From Lingula anatina (taxonomy: Eukaryota > Animalia > Brachiopoda), in the NCBI GenBank assembly GCA_051362555.1, contig CM120644.1, forward strand, positions 10,996,567 through 11,060,566: a DNA stretch of 64,000 bases, in the 5' to 3' direction. A program made the position numbers and the translations under genes. Numbering within the stretch: position 1 is the first letter of the stretch; every line of letters starts with the position of its first letter. A model generated the notes under the pieces. It ran no database searches. It was not told where the DNA came from and saw nothing but the letters and a program-made list of their open reading frames with translations. Below are positions 27,280 to 38,286 of the stretch, in pieces.

Positions 27280-30200
27280 TCTATCTATCTGTATATGCAC
27301 ACACACATAAACACGATCTTTATATCAGTATATATATATATGCATTTGTATCAGGTCCCCCAAAGACTTTGCCTCAGCCTCAGAAAAAATATGGCCGCAT
27401 TTTGCAGCACTGAATCTCACGAGGACACGAAAACAAGAACTTGTTGAAATGGGAATTATAAAAAAGGTAATCATTTTTTCAGCATTTAGTTATACAAATA
27501 CAGAACCTAAATATAAATTGTCAGATAACAGTAGACATATTATATATTTCTTTATATCTAAAGATTTCTGTCATATACTAAGTTGTAAACTGCAGTGTGT
27601 GCACAATGAAAAAAAAATTGCATTGTATGAACCTAGGGCACTTTATGTCCTTTTTCTTTAACAATTCTTTGTTGAGTGCACAGATTTGACAGAAGAACAT
27701 CATCATCACTAGTCTGGATGACTGGTGCTATATTTTGGCCAAATTGCTCAAAATGTGGAAAAAGCATGAAACTTGGCACAAATGTTCTTTGGTCTATGCT
27801 GATCATTTTCAAGGGCAGTGCCCAAAATTTCGAAGCATTGCTTAGCAACCGTTGCTATGTAAGTGAATTTCCTTATTAACAAGCTAATTAGACCTTTCTT
27901 GTCCAGTTTAAATGGTTTAGAAATGCTAATAACTATGTTTCAGGGCATCAGAGCTATCATTAGACTATTTTAAGGCAATTAAAAGCCAAATTAACCTTAG
28001 CCATGATTGCTAGGCAGCATATTACCCTAGCAACAAGCATTTAAAGTTGCGTTAGTCTATTAAGTATGGCAAATCTATAATACTAGCTAAGAACTACACT
28101 TTTGAGCAAGATGTTCATACTTTTAATCCAGTAAGTTGAAACAGTTGTGTGATGTTTACACACATCCGATCAAAAACATTACCAGTGCAGATACTTAAGG
28201 CAGCATGTTCAAAGTAAGTAACCAGCCATTTCCATGCTTTTATCACTTTATGACTCTTTATAAAACTTTGCAATAGTTAAGACGTTAAATTCTCCCTTGT
28301 ATGTGCAATATACAGTGCATTTTGCCCTTGCTCATTGTCAGCCTCTACATCTGCACCTACATGCACACTGGAGCAACTCTGGGCAGGTCAATAGCTTCTG
28401 GCAAATGTGTCCACAAGGGTCCACTGTTCCGCACAAGTCCAACCAGAGTGAGCACATGGTATCTGATGACATGGCACCGTAGTGCTGATTCAGATATGTT
28501 CATCTCGCAAGAATACTCTTATAGAGCAGCCTTGGTGGAAGTAAGATATGGCATCTAACAGCCTTTGGGTGTGAACAGAAACTTCATTGATTAACAAAAA
28601 GAGTTAAAGTAGAACCATGCAGGTGTATTTAAAGCAATAATAACTCTTCCTTTGAGATTCAAAAATCCGCATGAAATACATTGTAAACAACGCGTGGAAA
28701 TATATTCTATTGTATTTTACCACTAAAACGGCCGTTATTGTAGGAAAAATAAAATCTGTACTTGTCTATAAGGCTTTCCATCCCTTTTTTTCCGGTCGAC
28801 AAGTGCATTCGTTGCTAATGACGTAATGGTGTCACGCGGATTCTCGCGTTCATTCGAGACCAAAATAACATGGCGGGAAACCCTCAGACGTAAGTTGCGA
28901 GTTCTTGTACAGTGCGTCGGATAACGAAAAGCCCAGAATGGCACACATTGTGGATATAAATGCATTTTTTAACAAAAAGACGAATACATCTCATGAATCT
29001 TATATAGAGTTGTTGTTGTCTGCTTTTCCCGCGGTTTTAAGTAGGTCACCAGTGACTTTGCAGTGTCAGAGAGAGCTCCGTCAGTTAAAATCTCTTAAGA
29101 GATTTTAACAAAAAACCGTACGTTTAGGAAAAAAACCCTGGATTAACTTTGAATGCAGGAATGGGGTCGTTGGCCATTGGTAAGTACGGGAAAATTGCCG
29201 TTTTTTCCAGGAAAATCCAATTTTTGGCCAAAACGAAGAGTTATTATGACTTTAAGTTACTTGGTAGAGAATAGAAACTGACAAAATACAATGTGAAAAA
29301 AACTTTTTAGAAAAATTTTGAGCAAAATGAAATATATCTTGGAAATCTGGTCTCTGAGAAACCTTTCAATAATAGGAAAGTCAACAGTTGTTAAACCGTT
29401 AGTATTTCTCATCTTACGTAGTGCATGTATAAACTCTCCCACCAGCCCCCCCCCCCCCCCCTCCCTCAATACTTAAAAATATGCATATTATATTTAACTT
29501 TATCAGGAATGGGAAAAGATACAAAATAAAATGAGCAAGGATGGTGTCTGATTACAAAAATGGACGGTAAAAGGTACCGCAAATAAAAATTTTACCAAGG
29601 CCCTAAACTTTACATGGCTTAAAAGACTTCTTTATGAAGAAAATTAGAGTAAGTGGAGAGCGTTTTTCTTGGCGAAATGTCAGGGAATCGGTAGTAACAA
29701 AAGGTGGATTAAAAATACTAAAAGCAACTTCTTATCCCTTTAGGCAAAGATTATTGGTTCTTTGAGTGAAATTCAGGAAAATTTCAATTTAACCCCATAT
29801 GAAATCCTATCACAACCAATATGTCAAAACTCAAAAAGTGAAAGAAACTGAAAAACTATTTTCCATAAAAAATGGTGTAAAAATGTTTTTTTTTTTTTTA
29901 CATCAATGTTATTATAAATGACATTTGAAATCCCCTCTGTCTAGAGGAACACAACAAAAAAGCAACCTTAACACTAACTTTCTGGGCTAATTCAGCATCC
30001 AAAAGAGCTTACCATCTGAATGGCTATCTCTTCCCATGGAAGGAAATTACTCATACCATTCCAAAAATAATTGACTCCATTAAACAAGTTACCCAACCAT
30101 CCAGATATTTTTTTCGCAAAAAATCCTCCAAAGCCATATAATATCACCAGATAAAGGTATTAAAAAAAACTTGAGTACTGATAATTCGAACTAACATTTA

Positions 30201-31543
30201 AGAAACATATCACACGAAACTGAAGTCACTCCAATTCAGAATAAATCATAGAATATTCAATACTTATGCTTATCTTATGAATTTGAGAATTTTGCAATAC
30301 TGCTAGAGAAAATGTTCTGTACATTTTTTGGGATTGTCCACATGTAAAAAATGTTTGGATGTGCATCGCTAAAGATAATTTAATTAGTTGTGGTCATTGA
30401 TAGATCTCCGGAGATATTTGTATTTGGGTTTGTGCAAGCATACACTATTTATAAACCTATCTTAATAATTAAGAAACATGTTAGTATATGTAGAATGGGA
30501 ACAGAAAGATGGGAAGGAACTGGAAGGTATGTAAAATGCTACAGAGATATCTGTATATATAGTATTAAATGTATATTATTAAATATATAATGTTAAATAC
30601 TTGTTGCTAGGGTGATATGCTGCCTAGCAACTGTTGCAATGGTTTACTTGGGTTTTTATTGTCTTAAAATAGTATAGTGATAGTTCTGATGGCTTGAAAC
30701 ATTATTAAAAGCCCTTTTAAACCATTTAAACTGAACAAGAAAGGTCCAATTAGCTTGTTACTAAGGTAAATCACTTCCTTAGCAACGGTTGCTAAGCAAC
30801 GCTTTGAAATTTTGGGCACTACCCTTGAAAATGATCAGCATAGTCCAAAGAACATTTGTGCCAAGTTTCATGCTTTTTCCACCTTTTGAGCAACTTTTGC
30901 ACCAGTCATCTAGACTATATATTTTCTGTGCTTCAAATAATTTTCTTAAAAGATCTCTTAATACATATATCAGAACTATCAGAATTTAGGAATCATTTGA
31001 AAACAATTGCTTCGTGTGTCTTACCGACAGAACGTGTAAAATTAATGATAAGAAGATGAGAAAATATGATTACGTTTGAAACTATTTTCAGGTTGATGCC
31101 GGTATTTCTCCAAAGACGTCACCAAGACAACCCGGAGATGGAATTCGACTGGTAAGGAAAGCCAACCATATAAACATGAACAAGCCATAAATAAAGAGAA
31201 AATAAGAGAAAAAATAAACAAATAATAAACAGAACAGCAACTCATTGTGTGAATGGAAATAATTTTTTTTTTATTAAATATTTTCTCTAGCTATCATTAT
31301 ATCTATTTACTATGTTTAATTGACATCTATTTATTTGTTTACTATTCATTATAAGTTTTTTAATTAATTTTCGTCACCCTTTGTTTTTGTTATTTTTAGG
31401 CCTCCTATTCTCGGCCGGAATCTGCATACGCGTACAGTAGCGACCCCTTTATGAACGCTGCCATGAACGGGGACGTCTTAGCGGAAGAAAGGACTGAAGA
31501 CAAACCCAAGACGAACCAACCGCAGTTTGCTATGTGGAAATAG
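21525..31543 (+). CDS. Small ankyrin-repeat protein, 8 coding exons, about 236 aa
   Basis: Exons 21525-21656, 22590-22668, 23154-23207, 23626-23696, 24176-24234, 27355-27466, 31092-31151 and 31400-31543; all GT-AG and phase-compatible (711 nt); encodes LYIACFWGVKDIARALLMKGADVNARNSTTLWTPLHAATFQEHGPVVMLLLDNGADPNSKDAEGRSPKDFA (ankyrin repeats) and ends ...QPQFAMWK*. Confidence 0.85.
22685..22872. mobile_element. MITE (PIF/Harbinger-like) in ankyrin gene intron 2
   Basis: TIRs GCCCCAGTTTCACAAAA...ACTTAAGTC / GACTTAAGT...TTTTGTGAAACTGGGAC, flanked by a CTG direct repeat. Confidence 0.65.
24252..27050 (+). mobile_element. 5'-truncated, frameshifted L1/Tx1-clade non-LTR retrotransposon in ankyrin intron 5
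   Basis: ORF2 fragments KSPGTDG, RGCRQGDPLSPYLF, YADD (RT) and CSLC-x7-H-x4-C (zf-RVT); AATAAA plus short A tail at 27042-27050; 15-bp TSD AAGTCTCTCTGTCCT at 24237-24251 and 27051-27065. Confidence 0.92.
26103..26605 (+). repeat. About 251-bp tandem duplication inside the LINE
   Basis: 26103-26353 repeated at 26354-26605 with a few substitutions and a 1-nt indel; TTTA microhomology at the junction. Confidence 0.9.
27066..27130. repeat. (TC)n/(CA)n compound microsatellite
   Basis: Follows the LINE 3' TSD directly. Confidence 0.9.
28290..28570 (-). pseudogene. Academ transposase C-terminal remnant
   Basis: Broken frames give SGWTCAEQW, PLWTHLPEA and CPELLQCACRCRCRG..CTVYCTYKG, resembling the GW...PLWTTLPEA...CxELxxCxCxxxCxxxCxC...CTxxC tail of Academ transposases. 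Confidence 0.65.
28633..29251. mobile_element. Kolobok-like MITE, copy 2 (nested in the Academ element)
   Basis: TTAA at 28629-28632 and 29252-29255; TIR AGCAATAATAACTCTTC / GAAGAGTTATTATGACT; subterminal homology to copies 1 and 3. Confidence 0.7.
29256..30590 (+). mobile_element. Old, degraded L1/Tx1-like ORF2 3' fragment
   Basis: Broken frames read WSLRNLSIIGKSTVVK, FIRNGKRYKIK..SDYKNG..FTKALNFTWLKRLL, KLKSLQFRINHRI and FCNTARENVLYIFWDCPHVKNVW, homologous to the ORF2 C-terminus of the 24-27 kb element. Confidence 0.7.
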
Positions 31544-31723
31544 TTCGATGGGGAGCTTTAAAACTTAACGAATATGGTTTATGTTTTTAAATATTTATTT
31601 TTGGATGACTTTTTCATGATCTCAACACAACGAATTCTTAAGACTGTTATTATTGTTCACCGAAAATAACGTGTGAGATTAGTGGCTAGAACGAAAAAAT
31701 CTTTCTAATTATTCTTTTAATTA

Positions 31724-31772
<49 letters not shown>

Positions 31773-32280
31773 CGGCGTCTACATAAGATTGAGATAAGGT
31801 ATAACATAACGTTACCAGTTATTTCACTGATAACTTTAAATCATTTCTCGAAGACGTCCAATGAAAATTCTAACAAACCGAGCAACAGAGAAAGTTACTA
31901 AATCTCATTTCAAGCAAAATCCCATCCGTCTGAGTTCTGTTGGACGGTGGGGTGGGGGGGGGGGGGGGTATTTTCCTTCAACAATGTGATATGTGATAGG
32001 CCGGCCCTACACGATCCAAAGAAAATTTTAAAAATATCGTGTTGCAAAGATAAAGATAACACATGGATTTATATATGCGAAATTTTATTATTATTAGTAT
32101 TATTATTATTATTCGTGCTTGTCATTGATTGCTTCATAATGCAATACTTCGCTATGCCGTTTGCTTATACAAACAATATTATTGTACGTTTTGGTTTCTG
32201 TGTTGTACTGGTAACATATGTCATTTGAAAAATAAAGTGTCGTTTATTGTCATATACTCTGACATTGATTCGTTGGTTTT

Positions 32281-32283
32281 CTC

Positions 32284-32359
<76 letters not shown>
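32281..32359. repeat. (CT)n(CA)n compound microsatellite
   Basis: Visible directly. Confidence 0.95.
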
Positions 32360-32364
<5 letters not shown>

Positions 32365-33548
32365 AGTAGCAATCGTATGTAGTGCAGAGAGTTGGAATGT
32401 AGCATTGTACCTACACCTACACCGAGCTCAACTGTTACTGCAACCGATAACTTGCAACAAATTCGTCACGAAATCTTTTGCGTGTGCACACATCTTTCGA
32501 TAGCAGGCGTTCACACACATCTCGTATTGTATACATAGGTTTCTCCTTACTGTTTTTGTTTATAAGTTAAAGGAGGGGGTCTCTCTTTGTCTCCAGCGTT
32601 TTGTGGGTTTTCGTTTTATTAAAGCCTTTGTACAGCTTCTTAGCCTTTTTGTTGTATAATGTGAGGGGGGGACCCTTCTCTTTGTGTTCAACGTTTGAGG
32701 GAATATCGTCTGATCAAGGAATTTGTATTATGAAATCGAAAGTTTCTCAATTTTTCAATCACGTCTGCGGTTTTGAAATCCAATTTAGAGCAAAAATAAA
32801 AATAAGAAACACCCGCTTTTCTTATATCATACTGAATTTCTGGGAAAAAGTCCCTGAACTACGCGTATCACAACAAAATAAAAGGTTTTCCTGTCACGAT
32901 CAAATAACGGCTTTGCTTCTTTGTGCAATAATGTAAGAAAATTGAGTACGCCATTGTTCTGTGGGAGAAATTTTGCAGTAGGTCTTGTTCACACGCGGTA
33001 TGTAAAGTTCGATCTCAGTGAGGCAGGCTCGTGCTTAATTGTTCTGCTTGTGACTTAATGAAAGGGTGTGTGTAATCTTCATGCGAGATAATTTATCACA
33101 ATTGAATCACCGTATAGATCTTGTGTATAATAAATAAATAAATTAGATTTAAATGCATCTGTAAAGATCTAACGTGTTTGTTTGGGCCTGGGAAAGATTT
33201 TAAAAATATATTTAGATTTCTGAAAAAAAAATCACACCAATGGTCCTTTCTTGAAATTAGAATTTTGACTAGCTAAATCATAGTTCTAAACCAAATGGCA
33301 CCGCTCTTCCTCTAAAATACCAAACCCCTCGCCAGGAGGGGGGGGGGGAGGTCGGCTTAGCATCCTTGGACCCCCCTTCAAATGATCCTGGATCCGCCTC
33401 TGTATATCTTTATAGATGCACTTAAATCCCTACAACTTATTTATTTCTTAATCCTCAAGCAGGGCGTATCTATAAGGCAAATGTTGATATATATTGCCCG
33501 TCCATACATCTGATACCAAAATTTAGTTACTTTCCCGTAAAGATATCT

Positions 33549-33701
33549 TACCCTCTACCAGGGCGACTGATAGATTTTTTACAGATATTCACAGATATGT
33601 CTCTAGATAGATAGATGGTCATTTGGTTCTAAGTCTATCTATCTAGAGACATATCTGTGAATATCTGTAAAAAAATCTATCAGTCGCCCTGGTAGAGGGT
33701 A
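33549..33701. mobile_element. Foldback MITE, TACCCTCTACCAGGG family, short copy
   Basis: About 65-bp near-perfect inverted arms; 9-bp TSD AAGATATCT/AAGGTATCT (1 mismatch). Confidence 0.8.
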
Positions 33702-34480
33702 AAGGTATCTCCATGGCACGCCCTTCAAGTGGTGTTAAGGTCACGTGATCCATATGCCATACCCTATCTCCATCGCTGTTTTAAAAGGCGCCCATGGAGA
33801 GAGGGGGTCACAGTTAAATTTACGGAATTAAATTTAGACTAACCCATGAGTCTCCGTGATGACTGCTCCAACAAGTCCCGTTTTAGCATTTTTTGCTCAA
33901 AGTGAACGATGGCAATCTCCCCTAATAAAGATAATAAAGGACGCGACATTTCTACCGGTATTGCTCCAACTGAGTACAGAAGGAATGTGCCTTTTTTGCA
34001 TCTTCTGCGTGACAGTGTGGTGCACCACGACACGCTGCCAACAATGAAAACCACACAAACTTTAGTGCTAGTGACATTTCAGGTGTAAAAACTGTTTGAG
34101 TTTTAAATTACCAAAATAATAAGAATGCCTAACAGCCCATAAAATATGCATGAAACTTGTTCAATTGAAAAATTGTATTTTGCCAGTTGAAATTTGGCCT
34201 GCATGAATAAGCTTTTGTCTTCTAAAAAAACCTTCTGTTGTTGGTTTAGAGCAAAGGCACTCATAAGCAGATATCACTCAAGCTCAGTGCCGTTAATATT
34301 TCAAGTGATTGAACCTAAATGTCATAAATCATCGCTGTAACGATAACTGATTGTATAACTGACCACAAAACAAACGGAAAAATGAAAACGCAATTCCCAT
34401 TTTGTTCTCTTTACTGTATCCAAATCATGTATTAAAGCCAAGTCCAAATATTAACATTCCATTTTATGATTCAATAATTT

Positions 34481-34731
34481 TACCTCCGCCAAGGAAGTTA
34501 ATGTTTTTGTCATTGTTTGTAAACTAACAGCCAAACTCAAAAACTTTTGGACGGAATACGATAAAATTTTCAGGATTTCATAAATATGCTAGCTCAATCT
34601 CAGATAGATTTTTGTGGTGATTCATCGACCAACTGATTAATCGATAATGATAATTGATGAGCTGCCGTGGCGGAGGTCTGCGCTCTTTGAGTGCCTTGGC
34701 GGAGGTCTACGCTCTCCGAGTTCTTTTCTAA
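34481..34731 (+). mobile_element. Helentron-associated non-autonomous element (HINE/DINE-1-like)
   Basis: 5' subTIR TACCTCCGCCAAGG after a T-run; 3' subTIR CCTTGGCGGAGGT followed by a short GCGCTC...GAGTGC hairpin and TTTTCTAATT; 3' module duplicated (34664-34692, 34693-34721). Confidence 0.65.
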
Positions 34732-35638
34732 TTGCAGTACAGAGTATTGTACAAAAATAATTTCGGCGATTTCATCATCTGAGAAAGATTTTAAAAATAT
34801 ATCTCGATGACATATTGTGAATAGTTAACTGTAGTTAACATGTTCACTAAATTGTCCAGAGAACTTCTAAACTGAAACCATTAACCTGGAAAAGAGTGCT
34901 TAGCATCAGCTTAGACCTGATGAAAAGACCCTGACGAACGCACTCAAGTGAGATAAAAGCTCAGCCACCGTGCACATGAGGCTTTCAACTGAGCGGTTTG
35001 TGATGAGTTTTCGTCTCTGGGGACAGAGTATTTTTTTCACATTGAGTGGTATACTTAACTGGACCGGCTCTAACTAGAATTTCTTTCCCTTTTTACAAGT
35101 TAGCTTCCTTTGTTAGGTTAATTAACTGTCCGTGTCGAGCGCGGGGGTTTCGTTTAGGTGAATCTCTAACTGAAGTGCCTGGTTATGAAGTAATCAATCT
35201 TTCAATGTGAACTGGTCTACGTACATGTAAGTATACTGCTTGATGTGAAAAAGGGGTCAATTTTTATTATGTACCGGTGAAACGTGACAGAGAGTCCCCC
35301 GTGATAGCGAGTCCGCTTCCCATTCATTTGTACAGGTAAGCCTCGCCCTAGATTTTGACTCACTTAGGTCAGGCTAACCCTAACCATTATAGCTAAATGG
35401 AGGGCGGACTTTCTGTCACACGGATCCTCCGTTTCGTTTCACCGATACAAGCTGTGCACAATTGCAATCTTCAGTTAAACGTTGGATTCCAAAGCCATTG
35501 GTGCAATTCCGTTTTGTTGAGCTTATCATAATGTTTTTTTTTTTTTGCTCTTCTTTTTGGGATGAGTACCAGAAATTTAGGGAGGTGCAATGCAACGTTT
35601 TCCATGGTAGCGATGAAAATATCGGTGCTCCCTGCGCC

Positions 35639-37192
35639 TCATTCGAACCAGTTCTGTAAATCTGTAAGGGATAAACCATAACGAGGCTCTGCGTGTGCCT
35701 TCTTTTTGTTGCTCGATCGAAAACCTGCAAAGATAAAACCGGAGTTATTATATCGTAACTTTTGGCGTTTTCACAATTGTCGCGTAAATAAATAAACCAG
35801 GGTTTAATGCGGTGTTTAACTTATAAAAACTTCTAAGAACGCCTCGAGCAATTTGAGTCATTCGTCTGGAAAAATACAGATTCAAAATAACAAAACTTAT
35901 GAATCTTTCTCTCGATCATATCTTTGGCAGAATTTTCTTCATTGGACAGAGTATTATAACAAATATTTTAATCTCATTTTTTCACCACTATGCTAAAGAA
36001 TGTTTACCTCCCAGGAGGATCAAGATACAGATAGAACGTCTCGAATCTTTCAGGTACTAGATTAAATACCAAATCAAGGATGAAAAGTGCATTTTGGTTG
36101 AGAATAGTGAATAATTTACTATTACTGTCAACGTTACGAAATCATATATTCTGTAGAAAAAAGTGTGGTTGTTGGATGTTTTCCAAGACTAAAGTTGCAG
36201 AAGTACTTATATTCTCATTTATACGAGGAACAGATCTTCCCGTCATTTGTGAGTAAAATTACCGGTGTCCACTTACTTCCACAAGTGCCGAACAAATCCG
36301 CTCTACATCCTCTCTTTTTGTGCGTGTGGCTCAAGGCGGGAAAGAAAACATCTATTAAATTTCGGTGTCGGGCAGGGTTCCCATTGAGTTCGTCTTCGAA
36401 ATTGTATGTTTGATCGTAGTCTATATATCCCACGTTGTCGGCATCTATTGTGTATACGGGTACAGAGAAAACGTCGCCTTGAAAAGAGAAAAACTGGAAT
36501 CAGTACAGGTTTTCTTTTATTGTATTGTAGTTTATTTATTATTCTATAATGGTACGGGAATGTTCATTTTGCATTACCCCGAGTTTCGTTCAAGCTAAGG
36601 TAATCTTGTTTCATTTAACAAAGTTTATTCACAAGAAACGGAGGCAAAGCGCATGGAAGCATTATATGCTCTCCATGACATACAAGGACATTAAAGGTAA
36701 TCTTGTGTTCCAATATAAACGTTTATCTGACGGTGAATTAAAGAGACAAGCAGACGATTATGTCTTTTTAGACAACTCATTGGTTTGAAATAACATAAAT
36801 GATACGATTGTTATCTCTGGAAGAGGATGCTTGTAAAACGTTCGTAAAAGAGTTTAGAAGGTACAGGTATAACTTGGTACAATTACTGCCAGACAAATCT
36901 ATGCAGTAAAACCTTTTTGTAAAAGTTTTTTTTAAATTTGCAATAAACTTATCTATCAAATCATTTGTATTAAATAAAAATATACGTAGATTGTTTGAAA
37001 CCTTTTTTATATTGGAACCTCTCAGTTGTTGCATTCCACGACAATGGAAGATTGTATACAGTTTGTGTCTTTTTATCAGTAAATTCATCAAACTGTGAAG
37101 TTGACAAATAAAACTGACTTACCTATTTTCAAGACTAAAATCAAAAGACAAGACAGTGCTAACATAGTCTTTAGCTTCCAGTAATTCCCCAT
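35639..37192 (-). CDS. Secreted neuropeptide/peptide-hormone precursor-like protein, 3 coding exons, 118 aa
   Basis: Exons 37192-37123, 36477-36277 and 35724-35639; accATGg start; both donors GTAAGT, polypyrimidine acceptors, phases 1/1 consistent; protein MGNYWKLKTMLALSCLLILVLKIGDVFSVPVYTIDADNVGYIDYDQTYNFEDELNGNPARHRNLIDVFFPALSHTHKKR-GCRADLFGTCGSFRSSN-KKK-AHAEPRYGLSLTDLQNWFE; AATAAA on the minus strand at 35263-35268. Confidence 0.78.
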
Positions 37193-38236
37193 GGTTCCGT
37201 TTCTCTCCCTTGCCCTGTTTTTCTAATAAAATCTACAGAGCTCCTTCGTTGTCTTCTTTTATTGCTCTTTAAGCGTTCCTTATGAATAAATTACCACCTT
37301 TTCTGAGTAATCTACATGTACGTGTCTCTTTCCCGCGTTAAGTCATCGAGATGGGTAACCGCTTTGCTATCTTTGGCTGAAGTGAACGCTGGAGTAAATA
37401 TTCAGTCGCCTAGCCTTCCCACAAAAGAGCTAATCGACTTTGATCTGCCATTCAGATGAATAATTGAATGCTCACGAAACTGAACTAAAACCGGAAACGG
37501 CTCAATTAAACATTCATATCGAGGTGTTCAGGCGGAGGTGGTCCTCTTGCCTATGTTTTGTATATGGCACTTGTGCTGTCTCACGTCTTCTCGTGTTACT
37601 ATAACAGCAGGGTCTCAAGAGATTGTTAGTGCTATTTTAAAAAACTCAGATTTCCATAGAAATACCCTGTCCTTGTAAAGCGAAACTGAATGAAGTCTCC
37701 AACACTGGTCTTTTATATGCTACACCACATGTAACATTTCGTTATGACCCCCCAGTTCGCATTACACGAGGAAAGAAACAAAGCTCATGTAAAAATAACC
37801 CTAGTTTTGCGGCTGAGAAGCACTATGTGTGAGATACGTGCCAGAACACCTCGATCGTGAGGGAGAGGTGTACAAGGCATATGTTGCAAGAGTATGGCAG
37901 TTTGATTTGACATACATACAGAGCGAGGGTACCCTCATTTCACCGATAAATCCCCTAAACCCGATATATCGCAACGGTCACAGAACATCACTTAGTATGT
38001 ATGGGACTAACATTCCTGATACAATGTACGTAGGTCATATCTTAGAGACTCAAATTGCGGGTTATGGTATCAAAAGTATCGAATACAAGAGAGAGAATCA
38101 GAGAGGCGTGAGCGCGTAATAACTTTCCTTTTCCTTTGTACCACAAGAAACAATACTTGGTCGCTCTACAAAATATAACTCGTTGTCGCGTCAATGACGC
38201 CCACATTTTGTAACATTTGCATAATTATGACTTGCC

Positions 38237-38286
<50 letters not shown>

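Larger units (their letters stand above)
27710..30917 (-). mobile_element. Degenerate Academ-like DNA transposon with about 330-bp TIRs in ankyrin intron 6
   Basis: Inverted repeats 27710-about 28045 and about 30593-30917 with TAGTC...GACTA termini; Academ-type transposase C-terminal remnant inside; no TSD recognisable. Confidence 0.72.

Noticed and set aside
33300-33402. CCTGGATCCGCCTCTG, a hAT-like MITE right end
   Set aside because: No matching left terminus or TSD found
36400-36450. DADNVGYIDYDQ resembling an EF-hand loop
   Set aside because: No flanking helices, Gln at position 12 and no partner hand; better explained as the acidic spacer of the secreted precursor
37829-38119. 96-aa plus-strand ORF
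   Set aside because: GTG start, no recognisable homology or exon context
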